The position numbers were made by a program, and so were the translations under genes. From contig WJKM01000014.1 in assembly GCA_014729085.1 (NCBI GenBank), positions 1-60,731 of the forward strand: a stretch of 60,731 nucleotides of DNA. The letters are read 5' to 3'. Below, piece after piece: positions 30,153-39,490 of the stretch. Position 1 is the stretch's first letter. Each line of letters begins with the position of its first letter. The notes below the pieces were generated by a model. It saw only the letters and a list, made by a program, of their open reading frames with translations. It did no database searches and had not been told where the DNA came from. The stretch is from Candidatus Dojkabacteria bacterium. GTDB taxonomy: Bacteria > Patescibacteriota > Dojkabacteria > B142 > WJKM01.

Positions 30153-30185
30153 ATTTAAACTAATTTAAAATATTATTAAAGAACA

Positions 30186-30617
30186 ATGGAAATAATTGTT
30201 AAAAGACTTAGAGAACAGATACAGCAGATCAAGGTAGACATTAAAGAAATCACAAACGAAATTGAAACGTATAGAAAAGAGGGGGAAACTGAAGATTCAG
30301 GTGTAACCAGAGAATTTCTTGATAAACTTGAATTTCTAACAGACAAGGTAGCAACTCTAAAGAAAAACTTAAGTATTTATGAGAATGCTAAAAGAACAAA
30401 CTTTGCAGACATTGGCAAGACTGTAGAATTATCTTCAGGTCAAAAAGCCACAAAAGTTTTAACCATAGTACTTCCTGAGGATGCAAATCCGCAAGAAGGA
30501 TTTATATCTGCAGAATCGCCTATTGGAAAAGCTGTATTAAATAAAAAAGAAGGAGAAACTGTTGCTTTTGAAACACCCATGGGATCAAGAGAACTTAAAA
30601 TTTCTAAAATTCAATAA
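30186..30617 (+). CDS. GreA/GreB-family elongation factor (divergent)
   Basis: N-terminal coiled coil; ISAESPIGKAVLNKKEGETV..ETPMG C-terminal signature. Confidence 0.85.
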   Translation: MEIIVKRLREQIQQIKVDIKEITNEIETYRKEGETEDSGVTREFLDKLEFLTDKVATLKKNLSIYENAKRTNFADIGKTVELSSGQKATKVLTIVLPEDANPQEGFISAESPIGKAVLNKKEGETVAFETPMGSRELKISKIQ

Positions 30618-30695
30618 TAAATAGAAATTTAAGCAATCTTCTTCTATTTCAAATTTATCAAAATCCATGACATCCTAATTTTGATTTGAATAAGT

Positions 30696-30716
30696 GAGTA
30701 GGGGAGTACCCTACTC
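30696..30716. terminator. Hairpin between the convergent gre and xer genes
   Basis: GAGTAGGG-GAGTA-CCCTACTC. Confidence 0.55.
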
Positions 30717-30730
30717 TCATTATCAAAAAA

Positions 30731-31870
30731 TTAATCCTCACCTAAAGGATGGAATTTATGATGTGATTTTTCTGCGAATTTATCTGAAGAATGTACATAA
30801 CGGGTTGTTGTTTGTAAAGATTCATGGCCTAACAGACGCTGTATAGCTGCAGGATTTGCGCCCTTTTCCGCCAAATAGGTTGCGAAACCATGCCTAAGAC
30901 TATGTGGTGTAGTAGGAATTAATATTCCAAGAAGCTTTCTATAGCGCTTAATCATGCTTTGCACATATCTCTGGGAAATACGTACTGATGCTGGTTCATC
31001 TTCAGCTTTTCTAGAGCCTCTATAAGGAATAAATAACGCAGGGAAATCATCTTCTCTAATCTTTAAATATCTTTGAAGATAATTTATACATCTATCTGTT
31101 AAGTAAACATATCTCTGTTTCTTTCCCTTTCCCAATACATATATTTTATTATCTAAAATAGCATTCCGTTCTGGATCATACTTTAAGTCATCTATATCCA
31201 AACTCACTAATTCTGATATACGCATTCCAGTTGAAAATAATAGTTCCAAAATTGCTCTATTACGATATCTTATCTTTTTCCTGCTTTCATATTGTTCCGG
31301 AGCCTCAATTAATTCAACAAGCTGGTCAAACTCTGCGACCTGAGATTCCCGTTTCTCAGTTTTTACTAATTTTATCGATTCTGGAGCAATGGGAACTTTT
31401 TCATCCATATCTATCAAAAAAGCTAAATATGACCTAATCGCTGATAACATACGGTTAATACTACTACCTTTGAGTCCTGCATGATGCTTCGAATGCGTCC
31501 TAGACCCCTTAGAGCGCGTTTTTCTCAAAACATCTGTACCTAAAGCCTTTTCAAGTACTATATTTTCTTTCCCGGTAAATTCTACTTTTTTATCCTGCTC
31601 GGGCAAATCCTCCGAAATAGCCTTTGTCTTCTGTCTTTCAAGAGCTTTTAACCCATCTAAGTCTTCAAGATGCTGGGCATTTCTAAGGTATCCTTTATAC
31701 TCATTAATATTGAGTTTTGAGAGTTTTTGAAATGGAATTTCATATCTTTGTAAAAAAAGTTCAAATATCAATAAATCTCTAGCATATCCTTCAAGGGTAC
31801 GTTGACTGTAATTATTATTTACTAAATTTAATAAAAATTCTTTTTTTTGGGGTAGGGTGAATTTCGTCAA
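30731..31870 (-). CDS. Xer-family tyrosine recombinase
   Basis: Complete catalytic set: GMRISE, GKGKK, HSLRH, LLGH, TTRY; N-terminal YSQRTLEGYARDL. Confidence 0.93.
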   Translation of the reverse strand: MTKFTLPQKKEFLLNLVNNNYSQRTLEGYARDLLIFELFLQRYEIPFQKLSKLNINEYKGYLRNAQHLEDLDGLKALERQKTKAISEDLPEQDKKVEFTGKENIVLEKALGTDVLRKTRSKGSRTHSKHHAGLKGSSINRMLSAIRSYLAFLIDMDEKVPIAPESIKLVKTEKRESQVAEFDQLVELIEAPEQYESRKKIRYRNRAILELLFSTGMRISELVSLDIDDLKYDPERNAILDNKIYVLGKGKKQRYVYLTDRCINYLQRYLKIREDDFPALFIPYRGSRKAEDEPASVRISQRYVQSMIKRYRKLLGILIPTTPHSLRHGFATYLAEKGANPAAIQRLLGHESLQTTTRYVHSSDKFAEKSHHKFHPLGED

Positions 31871-32023
31871 AATATATGAAAATTATAAAAAATGATTTAA
31901 TAATACAAAAGAGTTGATTTATAAATTTTATGATTATTAAGTATCTAAAAGACTAATATATAATAATACAAATTACTAATTAAATAATAAAGTTAACGAG
32001 CTCCCCTCACTTGCTCTACTGTT

Positions 32024-32055
32024 TAATTACGCATAAGGACGATTATACGCAGTTA
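32024..32055. other. dif-like Xer recombination site
   Basis: TAATTACGCATAA-GGACGA-TTATACGCAGTTA: inverted arms around a 6-bp spacer, both resembling the XerC arm GGTGCGCATAA. Confidence 0.65.
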
Positions 32056-32211
32056 TTTAATGTTATATTTTATATGATTTTCCCAAAAAGAGCAATAGTC
32101 AATACAGATAAGGCTTTCCTCAACTATAGTGGGTACTTTTCTCTTTATAAATTACTATTATTATTCTTGCTTTGTTCTTCTAACTACTAGTGTTCTATCT
32201 CTACCAATAAG

Positions 32212-32220
32212 TTATCCACA
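32212..32220 (+). promoter_or_regulatory. Consensus DnaA box
   Basis: TTATCCACA in a 630-bp intergenic region. Confidence 0.45.
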
Positions 32221-32500
32221 AAAATACCCTATAATAATAATTTTATACCTATAGTATTTTATAACCCTATAGTTTTACTCCTCTACCCCCTCTCCTCTTT
32301 ATATCTTTATACTCACAATTGGCCTATTCAAAATTCCAAAAAAAAATAATTTCAGGAATCATTAATGAATTAATCTAAAACTCTCCTATAAAAGATAAGC
32401 AAAACTACCTATCCCCCAAAAAATCAAATTTTACCTTTTCTGGTTTATATGAAATATTGTATAATTCAAAGACCAATTTCTTTATTATTTGTATTGTATT

Positions 32501-32830
32501 ATGAAAAAAGGCATTCATCCACAACTTAAAATGTGTACTTTTACAGATATTAGCTCTGGTAAAAAGTTTGTAATCGGCTCAACAGCCGACGATATGAAGG
32601 TTGAAATCTCCTCTGCATCACATCCATTCTATACTGGAGAAGCAAAAATAATTGATACAGAAAACCGAGTAGATTCATTCACTCGAAAACAAACCGCTGC
32701 AGCTAAAATGAGTGATAAGGTAAAGAAAAAGAAAAAGAAAAAAGAAGACAGAAAGAAAAAAGGCAAAGTATCCAAAATCAAAGGTAAAAAAGCACTCACT
32801 CTTAGAGATATGCTCAAAGATCTTCAATAA
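32501..32830 (+). CDS. rpmE: 50S ribosomal protein bL31 (no zinc ribbon, basic C-terminal extension)
   Basis: MKKGIHP...VEISSASHPFYTG...RVDSF. Confidence 0.92.
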   Translation: MKKGIHPQLKMCTFTDISSGKKFVIGSTADDMKVEISSASHPFYTGEAKIIDTENRVDSFTRKQTAAAKMSDKVKKKKKKKEDRKKKGKVSKIKGKKALTLRDMLKDLQ

Positions 32831-32914
32831 CTACTTTTATATTTCTTTTAACACCATACTTTTAGTAGATGTATAATTGTATTGCTGGAATCTATTTTTA
32901 AGTTTATTTTTATT

Positions 32915-33988
32915 ATGTCTCTCCAAGAAGTCATTAATGAAATAAAGGAAGAGTATAAAGAGCTTAACGAAAAGCTTGCAGACCCTAATTCTATTCAAAA
33001 CGCTAGTAAATTTAAATTTTATTCTTCGAGATTATCACAGTTAAGACCTGTGTTCGAAGTCATTAAAACATATGACAAAGTTAACCACGATATAGAAGGG
33101 GCAAAAAACATCATTGAAGAGGAATCTTCAGTCGAATTACAAGATCTTGCGGAACAGGAAATGAAAACATTAGAAGACAAGAAAAAGGAAATAATAAAAG
33201 AAATCCGAGAATTACTTACCAAATCAGATCCGAATGATGCACGAGATGGAATACTAGAAATAAGAGCAGGTACGGGAGGTGAAGAGGCTGCCTTATTTGC
33301 TGGAGAACTCTTTCGTATGTATCACAGATTTGCAGAGAATAAAGGATGGAAATTTACTCAATTATCCACTAATAAAACTGGTAGTGGAGGATATAAAGAA
33401 GCTATTGCACATATTTCAGGAGAAAGTGTGTTTGGTACTTTAAAATATGAGAACGGAGTCCATAGAGTCCAGAGAGTCCCCTCAACTGAAAGTTCAGGCA
33501 GGATACACACATCAGCCGTATCAGTAGTCATTCTACCTGAAGTAGACGATGTTAATATAGAAATTAGAAACGAAGACTTAAAAATTGATGCTTACAGATC
33601 CTCAGGTCCGGGTGGCCAAAGTGTAAACACAACAGATTCAGCAATCAGAATTACGCATATACCTACAGATATTGTAGTTACCTGCCAGGACGAAAAATCA
33701 CAACATAAAAACAAATCAAGAGCGTTAAGTATACTAAAAAGCAAATTATATGAACTAGAACAAGAAAAAATCGAATCCAAACAAAGCGATAGAAGAAGAA
33801 ATGCTATAAAAGGAGGAGATCGGTCAGCAAAAATCAGAACATACAATTTCCCACAAAACAGAGTTACCGATCATCGAATAAAAAAATCATGGTACAATCT
33901 CTCCTCCATTCTGGATGGAGATATTCAAGAAATAATTGATGTAACCCATCGCTTGTTAACAAAAAAATACGAGGATTTGTCTATATGA
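32915..33988 (+). CDS. prfA: Peptide chain release factor 1
   Basis: GVHRVQRVPSTE (PxT), GPGGQSVN, RTYNFPQNR. Confidence 0.96.
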   Translation: MSLQEVINEIKEEYKELNEKLADPNSIQNASKFKFYSSRLSQLRPVFEVIKTYDKVNHDIEGAKNIIEEESSVELQDLAEQEMKTLEDKKKEIIKEIRELLTKSDPNDARDGILEIRAGTGGEEAALFAGELFRMYHRFAENKGWKFTQLSTNKTGSGGYKEAIAHISGESVFGTLKYENGVHRVQRVPSTESSGRIHTSAVSVVILPEVDDVNIEIRNEDLKIDAYRSSGPGGQSVNTTDSAIRITHIPTDIVVTCQDEKSQHKNKSRALSILKSKLYELEQEKIESKQSDRRRNAIKGGDRSAKIRTYNFPQNRVTDHRIKKSWYNLSSILDGDIQEIIDVTHRLLTKKYEDLSI

Positions 33989-34962
33989 AGTTATCCCAAT
34001 TTACAAAACAAGCCCTACCCCTTCTAAAAAGGACCTCCCCTACTCCCTCTCAAGATATTGAGTTATTATTATGTTACGCTCTAAACAAGCCTAAAGAATG
34101 GGTTTTACTGAATCAGGAATACGAAATTCCTCAAAACACAGAAAAAAGATTAAAGAAATATATCCAAGAAAGACTGGACTATACCCCCTTAGAATACATT
34201 ACAAAAGAAAAATATTTTTATTCCAATCTTTTTTACCTCACAAATAATACTTTAATTCCAAGACCAGAAACGGAAATACTTGTAGATGAAAGTATTAAAG
34301 AAATTAATACCCTCCTTAAACAAAAAAATATAGTTCATATCCTTGAAATTGGGACAGGTACTGCCTGCATCCCAATTAGTATAATTCAAGAGATTAAGAA
34401 AGGAATAAAACTCTTTCGAGAAGGAAATTTTAAAATAAACATCACTTCAACGGAGTTATCAAAAAAAGCTCTTCAAGTAGCTTTCAACAATGCAAATCGA
34501 ATATTGAAAGGCTTTTCTACCGTTCAAAAAACCTCCGATTTACTAATCAAGAAGTTTTCAACTAAATCATTTACTTTGAATTTTAATATTGTACATGCTG
34601 ACATCCACATACCCTTTAATAAGAGTAATTTTAAAATTAGCCCTTCAAATATGAACTTCGATCTTTTCATATCTAATCCACCATATATACCTACCCTAGA
34701 AATGAAGAATTTAGATGCTTTTGTACAAAAGGAACCTCCTGAAGCACTAAACGGAGGGAAACAAGGTATTCAAATTATTCAGAAAATTTTTTCAAAAACT
34801 ATTAAACAAAGAGCTGAAAATGCTGTATTTCTGATTGAGATCCATCCCCCCAATGCTCAAATTTTAAAGAAATATATTGAAAAAAATTACGAAATAAGAA
34901 CCTTAAGTTGGATTAAAGATTTGTCTGGCAAGAAAAGATTTATACGAGTAGAGACTATCTAG
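33985..34962 (+). CDS. prmC: Release factor glutamine methyltransferase
   Basis: LIPRPETE, EIGTGT, SNPPY; follows prfA. Confidence 0.9.
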   Translation: MKLSQFTKQALPLLKRTSPTPSQDIELLLCYALNKPKEWVLLNQEYEIPQNTEKRLKKYIQERLDYTPLEYITKEKYFYSNLFYLTNNTLIPRPETEILVDESIKEINTLLKQKNIVHILEIGTGTACIPISIIQEIKKGIKLFREGNFKINITSTELSKKALQVAFNNANRILKGFSTVQKTSDLLIKKFSTKSFTLNFNIVHADIHIPFNKSNFKISPSNMNFDLFISNPPYIPTLEMKNLDAFVQKEPPEALNGGKQGIQIIQKIFSKTIKQRAENAVFLIEIHPPNAQILKKYIEKNYEIRTLSWIKDLSGKKRFIRVETI

Positions 34963-36239
34963 TTTGCACCTTTTTCTTCTTTCACTACCTCAATAGCTTT
35001 GTCCATTTGAGGATCACGTTTCGCATTAAAATCTTCGGTAGTATATTCGACTTTAATATCGGGCTTTATAGGCTCCTCAAATGAAATTGCCCTACCTTCT
35101 GGTGTAAACCATCTTTTAAAAACCAAATGTAAGGATGAACCATCACTTAACATTATCACTTTTTGTTCAACACCTTTTCCAACACTATCCTGCCCTATTA
35201 TTTTTGCTCTATTATGATCTTGCAAAGCTCCAGCAACTATTTCTGAGGCTGATGCACTTCCTCTATTCATTAGCACTACCATGGGTATTCCGCTAAATCG
35301 CCCCTTTCTTCTCGTAAAACGCTCTATCTCAGCATCCTCCCTATTCTTCTCTATCATTACTTTTGTATCATATGGTAAAAACTCTTCTAATACGTGTACC
35401 GCACCTTCTACAAATCCTCCAGGGTTATTTCGTAAATCTAGGATTATACCTTTTGGTTCCTGCTTGTCTATCTCTTTCACAATTTCATCCCAACTTTGTT
35501 CAAATTCTGCAAGGGAACCTTCTGTAAATTTATACAACTTTATCTGATAAATTCCATCGCCCAGATCTTCATAAACTATATTGTCGATATCTATAATACC
35601 CCTTGTGACCTCTATTTCATATATCTTCTCGTCAGCTTCTCGGAATATTGTTAATAATACGTTAGTTCCAGCTTTACCTTTTATCTGTTCTGCAACAAAA
35701 TAAGGTCTTTTTTTTGTCATATCTTCCTCCCCAACCTTCAAAATAATGTCTCCGGGAAGCAAACCTGCCTTTTGAGCTGGAAAACCATCTATTGGACTCT
35801 CTATTTCAGTATAATCCCCATTATATCTCAGTGTAACCCCAATGCCCTGAAATATTCCTGCATTCTTCTCACCTACCTTCTCAGTCTCGTCTGGATCATA
35901 AAAAGCACTATAGTAGTCCCCTAATGAATCAATAAATCCCCTAATACTGCCATAGATCATCTCTTCTTCATCCAAATCCTTTTCTACATATTGACTATCT
36001 ACTTTATTCCAGACTTCATAAAACAAAGTCATATCCTTTGAGTCCTTAAGCTCTTGCTGTTTTACGAGTTCATTTAAACTAACATTGGAATATTGTTCGC
36101 TTCGAATTTCTCTAATCTTTATTCCAACATAAAATCCTCCACAAAAAAATAAGGCTAAAAGGAAAAAATTCAATAAAATATTTATCTTCCTGGGTTTTTC
36201 AATCTTTTTATTATCTGATTTGCCAAAAAAGGGCTTCAT
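34959..36239 (-). CDS. S41 C-terminal processing protease with PDZ domain
   Basis: DLRNNPGG, SASASEIVAGALQD, GKG. Confidence 0.93.
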   Translation of the reverse strand: MKPFFGKSDNKKIEKPRKINILLNFFLLALFFCGGFYVGIKIREIRSEQYSNVSLNELVKQQELKDSKDMTLFYEVWNKVDSQYVEKDLDEEEMIYGSIRGFIDSLGDYYSAFYDPDETEKVGEKNAGIFQGIGVTLRYNGDYTEIESPIDGFPAQKAGLLPGDIILKVGEEDMTKKRPYFVAEQIKGKAGTNVLLTIFREADEKIYEIEVTRGIIDIDNIVYEDLGDGIYQIKLYKFTEGSLAEFEQSWDEIVKEIDKQEPKGIILDLRNNPGGFVEGAVHVLEEFLPYDTKVMIEKNREDAEIERFTRRKGRFSGIPMVVLMNRGSASASEIVAGALQDHNRAKIIGQDSVGKGVEQKVIMLSDGSSLHLVFKRWFTPEGRAISFEEPIKPDIKVEYTTEDFNAKRDPQMDKAIEVVKEEKGAN

Positions 36240-36345
36240 ATATTTAATACAATTGGTAAATATTAAACTTCAATTAATAATCCTGCAATCTAAGGATATT
36301 GGATACCTAATCATCATACCATTTGATTTGAATATTAGACAAATA

Positions 36346-36372
36346 AAAACCCCGCTTTATATGCGGGGTTTT
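36346..36372 (-). terminator. Intrinsic terminator after rpsR
   Basis: AAAACCCCGC-N7-GCGGGGTTTT. Confidence 0.8.
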
Positions 36373-36394
36373 CAATTCAATAATATTGCTGACC

Positions 36395-36634
36395 TTATAT
36401 TAGTTGATTATATGGTAATAAAGCCATATATCTAGCTCTTTTAATAGCTTTGGAAAGCTTTCGCTGGCATCTGTGAGAAACTCCAGTTCTAGAGCTTGGT
36501 ATTATCCTTCCTCTGGTTGTAATATATTTCTTTAAAGTATGCACATCTTTATAATCAATCCTTGAAGGATCATTATTAAATGGACAACTTAAATTCTTTA
36601 CAACTCTACGTCTTCTTTTTCTCTTTTTTCCCAT
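36395..36634 (-). CDS. rpsR: 30S ribosomal protein bS18
   Basis: IDYKD...GRIIP.RTG...[17 protein letters not shown]. Confidence 0.96.
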   Translation of the reverse strand: MGKKRKRRRRVVKNLSCPFNNDPSRIDYKDVHTLKKYITTRGRIIPSSRTGVSHRCQRKLSKAIKRARYMALLPYNQLI

Positions 36635-36655
36635 AATATAAATCAAAAAATATAA

Positions 36656-37129
36656 CTAAAATAATTCGTCTGCCTCTTCTTTAACACTACTTGAAACCTC
36701 CTCCTCTTCATCCTCGTCCACCGGTTCATCATCTTCATCTGTATCTTCCTCCCCTAGCTTAAATGCCTCATCGATTCCAATACCCTGCTTATCCTTTGAA
36801 TCAAGAAGCTTCATGTCGTTAATTTTAATATCTGTCCTATATCTCTTTTTTCCATTATCTTCCCAAACACGAGTTCTAAGCTCGCCTTCCAAATAAACAA
36901 GCATGCTTGTATTTAAAATTTGGGCGCAGATTTCGGCTAGTTTGTTCCATGATACAATATTGTGAAATTCTGCTCTCTCTTTAGGATTGCCGTCTGAATC
37001 CTTCCAAGTAGTATTGGTTGCAACACCAAAAGTACCAACAACCGCTCCATTTGTTGTTTTCTTCAAAACAGGTGGCCTTGTTAGGTTGCCGATAATCATG
37101 ACTTTATTGAGTGATCTTGCTGTAGTCAT
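36656..37129 (-). CDS. ssb: Single-stranded DNA-binding protein
   Basis: SLNKVMIIGNL, EG.LRTR.W, acidic tail. Confidence 0.95.
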   Translation of the reverse strand: MTTARSLNKVMIIGNLTRPPVLKKTTNGAVVGTFGVATNTTWKDSDGNPKERAEFHNIVSWNKLAEICAQILNTSMLVYLEGELRTRVWEDNGKKRYRTDIKINDMKLLDSKDKQGIGIDEAFKLGEEDTDEDDEPVDEDEEEEVSSSVKEEADELF

Positions 37130-37180
37130 TCCTTTAAATTAATATATAAAATAAATTATCCGAATAACAAGTTTATCTTG

Positions 37181-37462
37181 TTAATCTCTCTTAACTCGTA
37201 AAAATCTTAATACCCCATTTATTAAACCAAGTTCACTATCAAACTCCTTAACATTGTCTGTTGGCATTTGCATTTCATATAAAACGTAATAACCTTCATC
37301 ATGTTTCTTAATAGGGTAAGCAAGATGTTTTTTACCCCAGACATCATTTGAAACGATTTCTCCCTGATTTTCTTTTATTAAACCTTCAATTTTGTTTATT
37401 ATTTTGGATTTAATATCCTCAGGTAACAATGGTTTTAAAATAATCATTAATTCGTATTTCAT
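37181..37462 (-). CDS. rpsF: 30S ribosomal protein bS6
   Basis: KYELMIIL, WGKKHLAYPIKK, VLRFL. Confidence 0.95.
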   Translation of the reverse strand: MKYELMIILKPLLPEDIKSKIINKIEGLIKENQGEIVSNDVWGKKHLAYPIKKHDEGYYVLYEMQMPTDNVKEFDSELGLINGVLRFLRVKRD

Positions 37463-37549
37463 ATCCAATTTATACAAAGCTAAAATTAATAGAACTTTTA
37501 GATAATACCATAAATACAGGAAAAAATCATCCTTCCAAGGTAATTAAAC

Positions 37550-38617
37550 TTAGTTATGTTTAAAGATAATTATATCGTTTTCTTGGACTGAATATCCTCT
37601 TCCCTCTAATCTAATTTTACCAGCTTCTCTTGCTCCATTCCAACCCCCATTCTCAATAAAATCATCAAGACTGACCACTTCAGCTGCAATAAAATTCTTC
37701 TGGAAGTCAGAATGAATCACACCTGCCGCTACTTCTACAGACACTCCACGTTTTACTGTCCAAGCCCTGACTTCTTTTTCACCCGCGGTATAAAATGAAA
37801 TCAAATTTAATAGTGAATAACACTTTTGAATCAATTTATTAATCCCGCTAGTTTGAAGTCCCAATTCATCAATATAGTCAGACCGCTCATCTGCCGGTAA
37901 TTCAGATAATTCTTGTTCTAACTTAATATTCAAAGTAAGTATTTTTTCCTGTTCAATACCCAAATTATCTATATTATTGTTACTATCATTTGTATTTAAA
38001 AGATAAAGAAAAGGCTTGTCGGTCAATAAAAATAAGGATTTTCTTAAAAGTTGGAAATCCTCTTCCTTAGATTCTGGGAAATTGGTGGCCAATTGACCTT
38101 CACTTAAAAAGGATTCTAACTCTTCCAACCATTTTAAAGTATCTTTATATTCTTGTACTGATAATTTTTGTTGTTTTAAGTTTTCAATTCTTTTATTGAT
38201 TGTTGCTATATCCTTAATAATTAATTCAGTTTCAATCGTTTCTATATCTGAATTAGGATTAATACGACCTTCAACGTGTACAACCTGCGAATCTTGAAAT
38301 TGTCTTATTACATGAACAATAGCTGCAACTTCGCGAATATGAGACAGGAACTGATTTCCAAGACCTGCTCCTTTCGAAGCTCCTTTGACTAAACCGGCTA
38401 TATCTACAAATTCTACAACAGCTGGGACAACGTTAGCAGAGTTAACAATATTATTAATTTTATCTAAGTTATCATCCGGAACTTTAACTATACCCTTATT
38501 GGGTTCAATAGTACAAAATGGATAATTTGAGGAATCAACTGATAAATTAGTTAATGCATTAAATAGTGTGGATTTTCCGACATTCGGAAGACCAATGATT
38601 CCGATTGATATATTCAC
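37550..38617 (-). CDS. ychF: Ribosome-binding ATPase YchF
   Basis: GLPNVGKSTLFN, YPFCTIEPN, DIAGLV; GTG start preferred. Confidence 0.96.
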   Translation of the reverse strand: MNISIGIIGLPNVGKSTLFNALTNLSVDSSNYPFCTIEPNKGIVKVPDDNLDKINNIVNSANVVPAVVEFVDIAGLVKGASKGAGLGNQFLSHIREVAAIVHVIRQFQDSQVVHVEGRINPNSDIETIETELIIKDIATINKRIENLKQQKLSVQEYKDTLKWLEELESFLSEGQLATNFPESKEEDFQLLRKSLFLLTDKPFLYLLNTNDSNNNIDNLGIEQEKILTLNIKLEQELSELPADERSDYIDELGLQTSGINKLIQKCYSLLNLISFYTAGEKEVRAWTVKRGVSVEVAAGVIHSDFQKNFIAAEVVSLDDFIENGGWNGAREAGKIRLEGRGYSVQENDIIIFKHN

Positions 38618-39490
38618 ATACAAAATAATAAAAAATAAATTCAAAAGTTCTAACTATGGTATCAAAATTTGATTCATTTTAAAATAGAAAACGTTTCACG
38701 GCAATACTCAATAATGCTAATAAATAAAAAACAAGAATTTTGGTTGGTGGTTTAGTACAGATCTCATCGGAAAAGAAAACTTAAATTCAATTTTACTTAA
38801 AATCTAAAATTATTTGCATTGGTGGAAAAATTTAAAAAAACATATAAGCTTTAGATTAATTACTAATATAATGAGTATTTTATTTTCAATAATATATTTA
38901 TAGCAATGAAATATATAGTGAAAAACACAAGCTTATAATTTTGATAAGTTTCAGAAATTAAATTGGAAAAATTATAATAATTAACAAAAATACAAATAAA
39001 AAATCTAATATATAAATTTATTAATTACAAAAGACTAAATAAGACGAATAAAAATATAGGAATATTAATAATAGAAAATCTGAGCAAAAGATAAAAGTTT
39101 ACTTACTTATATATACGTATTAGATATAAATCGAAAAAACGTGAATTAATTATTTATTAAATATTAAATATAAGTTTTAAGAATAAATTTAAGAACAATA
39201 ATCACAAGACAGATAAAAGTATAAAACATAAAGGACGAGAGCATGGTGAAAATAGATTAAAACGTAACAAACTTAAAAAAATAGAAATAAATCATTTTGA
39301 AGAAAAAGTATGATATGATAAATTAGAAATATTTACCTAAGGACAACGAGTTAAAACAGTAGTTAATTGTTAAAGTATTATGCACAAAAAAAGCAAAACC
39401 TTTTATAGTAAAGAAAGTTGCAGGAACTAATTTTTCGTTATTCACTAAAAATATACTAATTTGTACGTTAAAATAAATTACACATAGCAT

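Noticed and set aside
30731-31870. Prophage or island integrase
   Set aside because: Flanked by housekeeping genes, with no tRNA, att duplication or cargo; sequence is Xer-like
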